DNA from: Epiperipatus broadwayi
Lineage: Eukaryota; Animalia; Onychophora
NCBI GenBank assembly: GCA_028023455.1
Contig: JAQFVV010000003.1
Location: 13,485,001-13,518,000, forward strand
Direction of reading: 5' to 3'
DNA: 33,000 nucleotides
Shown here in pieces: positions 1-11,240 of the stretch. The position numbers and the translations under genes were made by a program. Position 1 is the stretch's first letter, and each line of letters begins with the position of its first letter. The notes beneath the pieces are model-generated. The model ran no database searches and was not told the DNA's origin. It was given only the letters and a program-made list of their open reading frames with translations.

Positions 1-67
1 AACATGAGTTACAATTTTCTTAAGTAACATTTTTATTCAATGTTAAATAAACTTATCTTAAAAAATA

Positions 68-248
68 TAAACTGTGCGTGTGAGATAATGATCTGGACCA
101 ACTGATGGGTGCTGATTCAGCATGAAATACATATATTAGTGATTATTTATTTTTTCTACATGTGTGTGGTCATGTGTATCAGTGGTAGATATGAGATACT
201 GAGGGTAGTTGAAGGGTGCTTGAAAGTCTGAATTCAAATCCCCTATAT
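68..248 (+). mobile_element. Family A hammerhead-bearing short retroelement, 5'-truncated single copy
   Basis: Clearly similar to 1040-1250 and 14140-14325. Flanked by a 15-bp direct repeat TTATCTTAAAAAATA (53-67 and 249-263). Degenerate HHR at 97-140 (CTGATGG instead of CTGATGA). Confidence 0.8.
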
Positions 249-776
249 TTATCTTAAAAAATAAAATTCAGCTTGTGTATATCAGGATTTATGCAAACAA
301 AGTCCAGTATAAATAAAGTATAAAAAATAATTTCAAAATGTGATATAAGACAACACAGACCTCAGTCCTTGTTTGTATTGTGTTGTGCATGCATTGTATT
401 ATAGTTTTTATTTGTTAAAAATAAATGTTCATATTAGTGCAATGAAATGATAAACATGCAGCTGAAGGAAAAATTCAACTTACATAATTAGTGAGTTAAA
501 ACAATTTAAAGTTGTAATTAAAGCAAAAGATCACAAAATGAATCGCTTACACAAGACGAAAACTTCTGTATTCTTGGTTCAAAATAAATTTTTTAGCACA
601 CCTTTTAAACAATTTAATAAATTTTATTTTAACCTAATTAAATATATATAATTTTTTCTAAAAAATATTTAAATATAGGGAATTTGAACTCAGATCTTCA
701 AGCACCCTTCAACTATCCACACTATCTCATACAACCGATACACATAACAACACAAATGTAGAAAAGATAAATAATC

Positions 777-820
777 ACCAATGTATGTATTTCATGCTAA
801 ACCAGCACTCATCAGTTGGT
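777..820 (-). ncRNA. Family A hammerhead, probably inactive (U16.1 to C)
   Basis: Reverse complement reads ACCAA CUGAUGA GUGCU GGUUU AGCAU GAAA UACAUACA UUGGU. Confidence 0.7.
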
Positions 821-1100
821 CCAGATTATTATCTCCCATACATATATATAATCAGTGCTCAGTTTATATTAATATAGCAACTCTTTATACTTTAATGTGA
901 CTTCAGGTCAACCTGGGCATGGCAATAATATTAACATCAGCATGGGATTTGAGTTTTCATCATCAAATTTTCAATGATATGGATGGCTGAAAAGTTGGAG
1001 GTTGGAGTGGATTAAAACCTGTCGATTAAAGTATAAAGATTTGCTATCTTAATATAAACTGAGCACTGATTATATATATGTGTGGAAGATGATAATCTGG

Positions 1101-1144
1101 ACCAACTGATGAGTGCTAGTTTAGTATGAAATACATGTATTGGT
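1101..1144 (+). ncRNA. Minimal type I hammerhead ribozyme, best-preserved family A copy; predicted cleavage GUA^ after 1139
   Basis: ACCAA-CUGAUGA-GUGCU[AGUUU]AGUAU-GAAA-UACAUGUA-UUGGU. Helix I ACCAA/UUGGU, 5-bp helix II, intact CUGAUGA and GAAA core, very short helix III. Confidence 0.8.
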
Positions 1145-1989
1145 GATTATTTATCTTTTCTACATGTGTGAATCATGTGTATTGGTTGTATGAGATAGTG
1201 TGGATAGTTGAAGGATGCTTGAAAATCTGAGTTCAAATCCCCTATACTTACAATTAAGCTCTGAGGTTTGTGAAGAGTGCCTGGTTTTCAAATATTAAAA
1301 AAAATATTTAGTAAAATAAAAAAAATTTAACAAGCGCTTGGATGCTGTGTTGATAAAGTTTATAATAAATGCATTTCGAATCAAGCTTAGTGCTTCCAAG
1401 GCCTACTTATGGGTCTCATATTCATAGCACTGAGAGTTAAGTTGGAGGGTGTGTGTATATATATGATAGGTTTATTCAAATGTATTCAAAGTCGCATTTA
1501 CAGTTTCATAAGAAAAGTCATTACTTTAATTAATTAAAATTAAAAAAAGGTTGTGTGGATAACATTTAGTACTAAGTCAGTCTGTAGCATAAAATACACA
1601 ACAGTTTTTTAAAAATAGATTGCTAAATTTAAAAAAAAAACGATGAAGGAAATCAACTGATCAGCAATTTTTTTATTAAAGCAACAAAATATCACATGTT
1701 CCCTGCTTACAACTTACTTCTAAGTAGATTTCTCCTACTCCAATTTTTCCAATAAATTTAGATCCAAAACTTATCACTGGTGAAAGCCATAAGCTAAAAA
1801 GTAGTTTGGGGATATGAATAGAAAAGCACAAGAAAGGAATTTATTAAATACTACTATCTAATATTTATTGAATACTCAAGCTTTCACAAAGTGTAAGAGA
1901 AACTAGGGAAAATAGATTTGCTACTTAAATTTGTAGTTTTTTGTTTTTAGTTTCAGAAAGAAATTTATTATATTTACAATGATTAAACA

Positions 1990-2615
1990 GTTTTGCTTTG
2001 AGATCTTAATGTTTCAACCAATTATAACATTTATATCGGTTATTTGTCCATGTCTTATAGATTTTGGTATTGTGAGTTTGGCTGTTGGTTTTTGTTATTG
2101 TTTTATGATTAGTTTGTAATCCTTTGTTTATTTGCACTTGTATGGCCGGATTTATCAAGTTCTGTGTTATGTGTTGTGTTGACTCATTGTGTGATTTAGG
2201 CATGTCAAGTAGATTCCATGTCTCTTCTATTATGCGGTGTGGTACAATAGCTTCATCTCATTGTTTAATTTTCAAAAGCATGTTAATGTATGTTTGTTTG
2301 GCATTGGGAATTGGCTGTTCCATACTCAGCTTACAGTGCATCATCCAGAGTGTGTAGGAGAGAAAAATGGAGAGCTGTAGCCAATATAATATATTGCACG
2401 TCCTAATAGAGGTTATCATCTGATGGTCTATTTTGCAATTGTATAGTATCCATTCTCTTATGCTTCCATATTTTGATCATCTGTGTATAATGTGGTCTAT
2501 AGTGTCATTTTCTCTCTTGCAGTGTTGACATATTAGATCAATGCTGGTATATCCTCTTTTGAAAGCCAGAAACCAACCTGTGGGTAAAGTGTCCAGCTTT
2601 AGTTTGATGATGAAA
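1990..2615 (-). mobile_element. L1/Tx1-like LINE ORF2 3' remnant (zinc knuckle region), pseudogenised
   Basis: Minus frame IIKLKLDTLPTGW...LICQHCKRENDTIDHIIHR* resembles the CX2C...H...C knuckle of non-LTR ORF2, followed by a LW..C-type motif. In-frame stops present. Confidence 0.7.
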
Positions 2616-3493
2616 TCATTTGATTATATAAAAATAAATATACAGAAAGTATATATATATATATATATGAGAGTATAAATATCACTTTCTATTTTAAACC
2701 TTATTTTTTTAAATAAAAAAATTAATGATTTTTTTAGACACATTTATTTTACATTTTAGAAATTACTTATGAAGTAACATTCTGAAAATGCTTTCTATTT
2801 TCAGCATCACAGAGTCTAATTCTACTCAGGCAATGTTCAAACAACTCCTAATGTTCTAGCTCTTAATGCTCTATTTTCTCATTGAATATTATTCTTCAAA
2901 TCCTAGAATGTTTTGAGGCAGTTTATATAATCCTTTTGAATTTTTAAAAGAGAATCCAAAAGTAAGATCAAGCATAATTAAATCTGATGCACATGATTTG
3001 ACAAGAATTTATGCTGTTTTGTGATATGGATAATAACTTGAATTTTGTTGTAACTAATATATTGCATCTATGATTTATCCCAGAATTCCTTACTTGTACT
3101 GTTTTCTACATTTTAAAAGAAGTAGAGTTTGATAATTTATTTTGATGTTACTTTACATCAAACTGTGCATTTGAATAGGTAAATTTAATGTTGAGGATCA
3201 TTCTTATATTTTTAGTAGTCTCCAAATCCTGAAGTTTTTCTTATTGACAAATTCATTTCAAAATTTCATTATCATATATGACCTTCCAGAGCTTATAGAG
3301 ATAATTTAAAGGCATGAGAAAGTTATAATCAAAGGAGAGTAATTGTTAAATTTTAATCCAGAAAAACAACTGTTCTAAAAGAACATGCAAACCAATGTTT
3401 ATCAATTATAACTGTAACAAAACTGCAAAATAACATATAATAAGCAAATTCTGAATTGTGAACTATTACAGTACAAGTTTCACAGAACTGGAT

Positions 3494-3690
3494 TGTTTGC
3501 TGTGATATTACTAACAGTTGGTGCATATACTAACCTGTTTGCTGTGATATTACTAATAGTTGAATGCATTTGGAATATTTAATTAAAATTAAACTTTTCT
3601 AAAGACACTCAACACACATATTAGATGATGGAAATAGTCCAATATAAAAATACAGCTAGAACACCATCATCACAAACCTTCAGAAAAACA
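3494..3690 (+). mobile_element. Family B short retroelement copy (post-ribozyme portion plus tail)
   Basis: 3521-3690 matches 19784-19917 and the tail at 19384-19418 (reverse complement). Preceded by a 27-bp internal duplication (3494-3520). No convincing TSD. Confidence 0.85.
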
Positions 3691-4039
3691 ATATATATAT
3701 ATAATGTTTTAATTTAAAATTTGCACACTTCTTTAATTGAAAATTCTTAATTAACTACTTAAATAAAAATAAAATGACTTAAAACAAATTGATGTAAGGA
3801 GAAAACAGGTTTAAAACTATAAATAAAAAAATGGCAAAAAAAAGGGGGGGGGGGATTCATGATAGATAGATACTTTGTAAGCAAACTGTTAGAAATCTTT
3901 GAAACTATTAGAATCAGAACATAAATAATTATGGTAATAATCTATACAAAATAAGTAATACTAGTGTATGGATTTATTTTTATTTCAGAGAGTTTAACTA
4001 TTAATAAAATATCATAAAGGAACCTGTAGAAATTCCAGA

Positions 4040-4620
4040 AGAAGATAGTATCATGAGTGGATTTATTAAGACATTCAATTCTGCCTAAATAACCATAGAT
4101 TTGATAATCATTATCTATAGTTTCATGATTTGTGTCCATATCTACTGTTAAATTCCACTTATGACATAGCTGAACATAATGACCATGCTTGTTCTAAATC
4201 CATTGATGAGATTCCAATAATTTCTAGAAAGATCAAATCTATCTGAGTTTATTATTGGACCTGCAAAATTGTGCAGAAGTCCATAAGAAGCCCATTTTTT
4301 ATGACATAATTATTTGATAATAAGATTCTTGGTTGAACATTTGAAAAAGAAATTTTCATTTGAGATGATTGGCAAGTCTTATCTACTGAATTTTTTCTAT
4401 CTTGTGTGGTGATGTGAAATAAGAGGAAGACATTGCAAAACATTAAATGAGTCCATAATATTTCTCAAGATAATATTTATTTGATATCCAGAAGTTTACT
4501 ATGGATGTTACTTTTCCAGATAGGGGTATAATATTTGCCAATAAAATATGCCAATAGTAAGGAAACAATCTGCGAAGACTTTAAATCACAATCCCAAAAA
4601 GTGCCAACCAAATACTAATA
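4040..4620 (-). mobile_element. Degenerate RTE-X/RTE-like LINE ORF2 C-terminal remnant
   Basis: Minus frame ...RFDLSRNYWNLINGFRT then frameshift to (G)HGH..LCHKWNL resembles the GFDLPR..W..LNRFRTGHG...L.KW motif. Many stops. May extend upstream to ~5800 (weak QxGF-like motif). Confidence 0.5.
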
Positions 4621-6277
4621 TATGTTCTAATTAATCATTACTTATTAATAAAGCACCTCCACTCAAAAATTTTGATATGTCATACTATATTAGATCAATA
4701 AAGGTTTTATTTTAAATACGAAAATCAATTCAGTAAATCATTTAAGACATTGCACAGTTTTATTTTTTTTATTTATGTTCAGACAACAATGAAAGGAAGG
4801 GGGAATAAATGGGAGAAGACTTGGAAATTCATTAGTATTGCATTCTCACATGTGCTTTATATTTTATCTGAAAGCTCAAAATATAAAAAAAATCTGATAA
4901 TATTAATGATTTTTTGTTATAGGTCACAACTTATTTTTCTTGATTCCAATAGAAAATAAACTTTCTTATTCTTCATAAAAATGATATGTTCCAATATTTC
5001 AAAATTGTTAAACCATAAATATAATCTTTCTCTCCATATAAAGCCATAACTTCTCCTTTACCAAAGCAAACAATCTCTGAGCTCAAGGACATCTCTTACC
5101 CATTATATTTCCCATTTTTTTATTACTCACATTGCCTTTAAAATTTTCAAATTGATTTTATTTTCTATTTCGTTTCCATGACATTATATAAATTTATTCA
5201 ATAATTTGAGTTTTATAGTTATCTTTATCAGATCCAATCTCATCATAAAAACAATAAATAGATAAATACACACTTTTTGTATTTATGCACTTATTCCAGC
5301 TTCTCTCATAGTTGAAAATATCTTCACACTAATAATAAATAATTAAAATTGTCAATATTTTACTTTTATAATTTATTAAATAAATCACATATTATTTTAA
5401 TTACAAATATATTTTCTTGTTGCTTGGGCTCTTCCATGTATTTTAAAGAGTAGATTACTCTTCTAAAACCAACAACAATAATATACGATTTATGTAGCGC
5501 TGTACCATGTAGAGTCCATTGATTACTCAAACTTACAATAGAAGAATCAAGTGAAGAAAAACACTGTTGGAAGCATATAAGTAAAGATATGAAAAAGTCA
5601 TGGGATATTGTTAAAAGTAAAAGAGAAATACGTTGTTATTAAACTGAAATCTGTAAAAATATATAAAAACTGGCTAACAATCAAAACCATAGAATTTTCT
5701 TTTAATTTACAAAATATTAGCTTGAATAGTGTAAAGGAGTAAAAGGTTACTGGCAGATCAATAAGAACATCAATTTCAGGTTTAAAACCAGTCTGGATAA
5801 ACTCACAATAGATGGCTCTAGAGTAGAGTGAAGAGAACAGTTCTTTTTCTTAGTATTATTACAAAGCAGTCTGCTTCTGATATCTTGCTTATTTCTATAT
5901 ATATTCAAATTCTTATTTTATATATTTACAGTCTCTACATTTTATTAATGATAATAGTCTCCTATTGCACTCTTCATTATTATCACAATCAATAATTTTC
6001 ATAACACATTCATCTTATTCCTTGCACAGATAAATACATTTAAAATTTTCTTTTTTTTTTTTTAGAATTTTCTACTACCTTTCTTGCCCAAATTGTTGCT
6101 TGCTTTTTTTAAAACCCAATTGAATATTATTACAACAATTAAAATTATTTCTTTTCGCCACTCTTCTTTATAAAAACTGTCAATTCCACCATCTCTTAAA
6201 GTGCTTTATTTGCTGACCATATTACCATATCCAAAGCACATTTTACTATTTCTTTCTAGAATATCTATTACTCTATT

Positions 6278-6551
6278 AACGTGAAAGCTAAACACTTTCA
6301 AACAGATACGCTTTAAACATGCTTACATGAAAGCCAATCAGATGGAATAATTCAATCATGTGGGACTCTCAATTCTAAAACACAAGCCAGAACTATTAGA
6401 AAAAGATGGGTGTTTTAGAATTGAGAGTCCCACATAATTGAATTATTCCATCTGATTGGCTTTCATGTAAGCATGTTTAAAGCGTATCTGTTTGAAAGTG
6501 TTTAGCTTTCACGTTATTACAATATTATCTGTTTGCGCTTAAAATTTGATT
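6278..6551. mobile_element. Family D foldback insertion: 107-bp arms (6277-6383 / 6410-6516), 26-nt loop, 35-nt tail, 12-bp TSD
   Basis: Arms differ at one position by eye. Tail 6517-6551 on the right arm only. TATTACTCTATT at 6266-6277 and 6552-6563. Confidence 0.9.
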
Positions 6552-7436
6552 TATTACTCTATTGCAAAAAATATAATGTATCATTTTTATATAGTAAACC
6601 TGGAATACATTAAACCTGGAATTACAACTTTTTTTTTCAAATTTTGCTTACACTACATGAAAACTGTTAATGTCTTCATCAGTTTTTTTTTATATTATCA
6701 TTTATGAATTTTATTTCCCAATCACTTAAATATTCTTTTTGATTACTGGAATGATTTGAAAATAATTGTATTTATGTTTACTTCTAAAAATAACACTTTT
6801 CATTCTCTTTCTTTGGCATTTTTTAAACTTTATTTTTGCTTTATTTATTAACTTTAATCCCATGTATCTAAAAAGGAAGGAAAATTTGATAAAATTATTT
6901 GGATTAGAGATCCTTAGGGTTCTGTAATTTTTAAGGGTTATACTAATTTATTAATGTAATCTTTTATTACCTATAATATATAGAAAAATATTTAACTATT
7001 CTTAAATGATTGACAATTTATTTAGATAATTCTTAAACATATAATTTAAATAATTGGCAACATTTATTTCTTTATTTATTTTTGATGTATGGACACCATA
7101 ATAAAAGTATGCTTGATTCTTCAGTGAAGTGGTTTCCCTCCTTGCTTCAATATCATGAGTGCTTGGAATTATAAGTAGTAAGAGTATATTTAGATTTTGG
7201 GAGTAAAATTAGATTTTGGTCAGCATGTAATCTGATCATTTGTGAATAATAAAAAATTAATTGTTTTATTTATTTTTTTGGCAAATTAAAAGTATTTACC
7301 TGAGCCCAGTGTTGGCTATATATGCTACTATGCGCAAGTTTTCAAAAATAATTCCGATCTTCTCTCTATATAAGAATGTATTATCAGTAAAAAAAAAAAA
7401 AAGACGCACTAAAATATGTTTTCCCTTATTATCCAT

Positions 7437-7501
7437 TAAAGATATTTTAATATCTCTTCTACAATCAAATAAAGATATTTTAATATCTCTTCTACAATCA
7501 A
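7437..7501. repeat. Tandem duplication, 33-bp period, 2 copies
   Basis: TAAAGATATTTTAATATCTCTTCTACAATCAA occurs twice. Confidence 0.9.
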
Positions 7502-7599
7502 CTCTATTTTTTAAAAATACAATAAAAATAATATTGAATCTATAAGACATTCTTATCTTAATACTACATTTATTAAAACACTAACTTATTATTTATTTC

Positions 7600-8200
7600 T
7601 AAATTTACATATCATACTATTTCCAACCTTCTTATACACTTAACAATACTATTTTGTACACCAAAATGTTACTCTTACAGTTTCAACTGTTTTGCAGTTG
7701 CCATCAGAGCTAGAATATTCAAATATATAATCAAACAATCAATACATTATATTTATATACACAATCAAAAACATTCAATGATAATCTACAGGGTCAGTTT
7801 GTCATAGATATATCACTAATTATAATTAGTGAGTCCATCATTCCTCTAACTGAATTCCTAGAACTTTCTTTAGCCTCATTTTGAATAACTAGATATCCAT
7901 CTACAGAACAATATTAAAAGCTTGCTAGATTGGCTTAGGTTTAATGTTTTCTTTTTTAAAAAAAAATAAAATACTGAGCTTGATGGAGAAATTCTCAGCT
8001 ACATGGAAAAAAAAGCCTCACCATTTTCTCAATTACAGGATGAGAATCTCTCTGTTATCCCTCCTAGAAGGTATTACATATCAAGTCTGCCAATTGCTGG
8101 GTTGTGAAAGTTCTTTGTTTTACATTTGTCTAAGGATGGCTAAATATCTATTAGCTAATAATTTAAATTTATAAACAATCAAATGCTTTGTTGCTTAGGA
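7600..8200 (-). mobile_element. Highly decayed non-LTR reverse transcriptase remnant
   Basis: Motif-like strings in the correct order on the minus strand: PSNW (~8095), QAFNIV (~7915), GVQNSI (~7655). Spacing imperfect, many stops. Confidence 0.3.
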
Positions 8201-8326
8201 GGTCATACGATTTTTGAATAGAGGAAATAATAAATTGACTGGAACCCTTAGACCTAATACTCTCAGAACATTCTACTACTGCAAAAGTCATGTAGAGCAT
8301 TATATTAACTAAAGGATGGCAATCGT

Positions 8327-8460
8327 AAAAAAAAAAAAATCTAAGCTTATTTGAAATCTAAACAAAAACTATTAAATTTTATTCAGTCGGATTCGAACCC
8401 CAGATCATATTGTGGCATGCACAAAGCTCTTTCATATATATATACTATGGTTGACATATA
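8327..8460 (-). mobile_element. Family E tRNA-derived SINE-like copy
   Basis: B-box GGTTCGAATCC (reverse complement of 8389-8399), followed by GACTGAATAAAATTT...GCTT..T-run. Similar to 25239-25345(-) and 26255-26357(+). Confidence 0.5.
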
Positions 8461-9849
8461 GATACTTTTTTTTTTTTTTACACTGTCTGATATAAAGTGA
8501 TAACGTAAAATAAGATAATGAAACAAACATAAACAATAGGATACAATTTTCGTTTAATTAATTAAATTGTATCCATTAACCATTTACATCAAACATTAAT
8601 AAATAAAAAAATCTTTCAACCCACATTTATTCCATACATCCTTCGCTGTAAAGTACTCCATTTAATCAACTTACTATTATTTTTTAATTATTCAAGTTAG
8701 TTAATATCCTACACAGTTTTTTTTTTTTTTGTTTAGAATAATAATTGGATACATTTTAAAAGAAAGGATGGTTTTGTTTCACCTAACAAGTTTAAAGTAC
8801 GGTAATCGCGTTAACGAAACCTGAATCACCGTAAAAAGGATTTCACCCACTCGCAAACTGCGTCAATTTAAAATTAAATAAAGTACAAAAATAGTTCAAT
8901 TTATTTATTTTGAACTGATTCAAAAAAGATTTTATTAAAAAAAAACAACAACTCTGTTTTTATAATCAACATTCCAAATTTGATAAAATCTTCGTAAATA
9001 AATCATAATAAATTAAAATATTAGAATGACAGAAAAAGATAAACTCTAAAAAGCAATTAAACAAAACTACATCAAACAAACTGCACACGAATTAAATGAT
9101 AAATAAAGAAATAATTTAGAATAAAACTTATTTATAATTCGACTCAGAAAAAATAAATAAATCAGGACTTCTTAGAGGATGTGGGAATAAAAACGAAAAA
9201 ATAACGTCAAAGTTACTTAATACTATAAATATAAAATATTCCTAGAGGCGATTAGATACATACAAGGTTATCTTTAAAAAAAAATCAGAAGATTAGTAAA
9301 AAAAAAAAGTTAATAGAAGTTTGAAATTGAATTATAGGATAATAAAACTATAAGTAAGCAATTTTAAATTAAACATCTGATATAACTATCTTTTCGTTCT
9401 ACAAAATTTGATTTATATATTAATACAAAACTATTGTTTTTGATGCGATAATTTAGTTTGATCATTGGCAATACGTTATAAAAAAAGAATTTTCAATCAA
9501 TTAGTTCACAATTCCAAAAGACTTGAATTTACCTCGAATTTTACTTACATTTTTTGTATTTTTATTTATGTACCAAAAATTATATTACCCATTCTAAAGA
9601 ACGTTTTTGTCGTTGCTGGGCAAATTGTATATCATTATACGTGTATAATCATTTTCAAATGAAGCATTTCTTCGTTTGCCTCTTATTATAAACACACATA
9701 CTTATATAAATAAAGTTTTAAATGACCTCTTCCTATTGGACTATCGTAACAATGGTAAATGGCATTTGTTTTAATTAAAAATATATTTATTGATATTATA
9801 AAATTGTACAGATGCATAATAAATACACTTTGTTAATGTTGGCTCATCC

Positions 9850-11240
9850 ACTGCTGGCAGTGGTCTGGAAGAAGTATGCCAGAGCCATTCTCTGCACTAG
9901 CAGGTTAATATATGAGTAAATATGTACTATTTTGTTGGTATTGCCCACCCCTTTAGAGGTTGACCCAATAATGCTAACTTATCAGCTGGGATACATGTAG
10001 TGTGAAATCAATGCCTCTCTAGTAGAATCCGACATGTTGCAACACAGACTACTTCTTCTACGATACACTACAATGTGAATATATCAGGTCCAAAAATTCA
10101 TGTAGAGTCTGTGGGCCATACTAGTAGGCTCCATGTATTATTAAACAAAAATCTAGAGGATAGTATCTTATCCTTGTCTTGAAGAGCTTTGAGCTTATCG
10201 CAAAATATAGCATTGGGGTCTGGTGTTGGTTGTGGGAACTTTGTCCTGCACCTTGTGTACCAAAAAGCATATGTCAGGAAGATAGATAACCTGATTACTG
10301 TAAAGTCTCCAGAGAAGAGACAACCCCTGATGTCCAGGATTTTATCCACTGCTATAATGCAGTGTTGAGAGATAACTCTTCGAATACTGTTATAGCCTGG
10401 ACATATATTTAACAGATGATTAAAGGACTCCTCTCCTCTAGAACAGGCATGACAAATTGGTCTATTTTATTTAGAAACCGCTTGTAGTATAAGAATGTAT
10501 TAGTTGGCATGGAATCCATATTCACCTTGATCAGATAATCCAAAAGTTTGGGCTCCAGTAGCAGATATTTAAATATTGTGGTGATTTTATGATTGCTGCA
10601 CCCTAGGTGCGCATAAATAACTGTATTTACAGGATTCAGCAGGTGATGTGCCTGCCAGATGCTGATTTTATTATTAAACTCTGTTGTTGAGTGCCCGATG
10701 TATAGAGATTGTTGTTTAATAATGGTGTCAAGCCATGTGTGTTTACTGGGGGGAAGTCTGTCAGTAGGTATTACAGTCTCTATAATATCTGATAGAGGGT
10801 ATTTTTTTCCCAGGTTTACTAAAAGTGAATGCCCTTTTTGGGAATTGATTGTCTGTATTGAATGGAGACCCATACCGTTCTGTCTCCTGTGAAACTGAAG
10901 TCTACGGATGCTAACTGCAGTGATCCGAACTCTCCATAAGAGCTGACCACAGAGCCTCTAAATCTGTAAGCTGAATGATTTGGTAACTGTCATTATTGGC
11001 AGGTAGTAATTTATGCTCGCCATAATCATCATATTAATAAGAGTAATCTTCCCTTGTAGGGACAGGTATGTCTTTGACAGCGACTGAACCACCTTAGTAG
11101 CATTGCTTATGATGGATTTGTTGAGGATTTTAGAATCAATAGAAGATAATCATTTCTCAAGGAAGAAAACTGAGGTCCGAAGAAGATCTTTCGATGTCGA
11201 CATATCTTTAAAAGCAAATATAACATTGCTCATGATATAG
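9850..11240 (-). mobile_element. L1/Tx1-like LINE ORF2 remnant (RT thumb to zinc knuckle), pseudogenised
   Basis: Minus frame TYLSLQGKITLINNMI (~11065-11030), then LLW and NGMGL (GGLGL-type motif). Contains ORF-track entries 10409-10873 and 10098-10349. A broken C..C/H knuckle lies near 9880-9905. Multiple stops. Confidence 0.8.

Larger units (their letters stand above)
672..1298. mobile_element. Family A foldback insertion: inverted arms 672-897 / 1025-1250, tail 1251-1298 (PLE pLTR-like)
   Basis: Minus copy and plus copy head-to-head with ~225-bp arms. Only the right arm carries the tail also seen at 13865-13915. Possible low-complexity TSD AAAAAATATTTA (660-671 / 1299-1310). Confidence 0.85.

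Noticed and set aside
2850-2960. Possible Penelope GIY-YIG remnant on the minus strand (GLYKLP...RALRAR)
   Set aside because: Needs a frameshift and lacks YIG and EH. No matching pLTR downstream. Too weak without a profile search.
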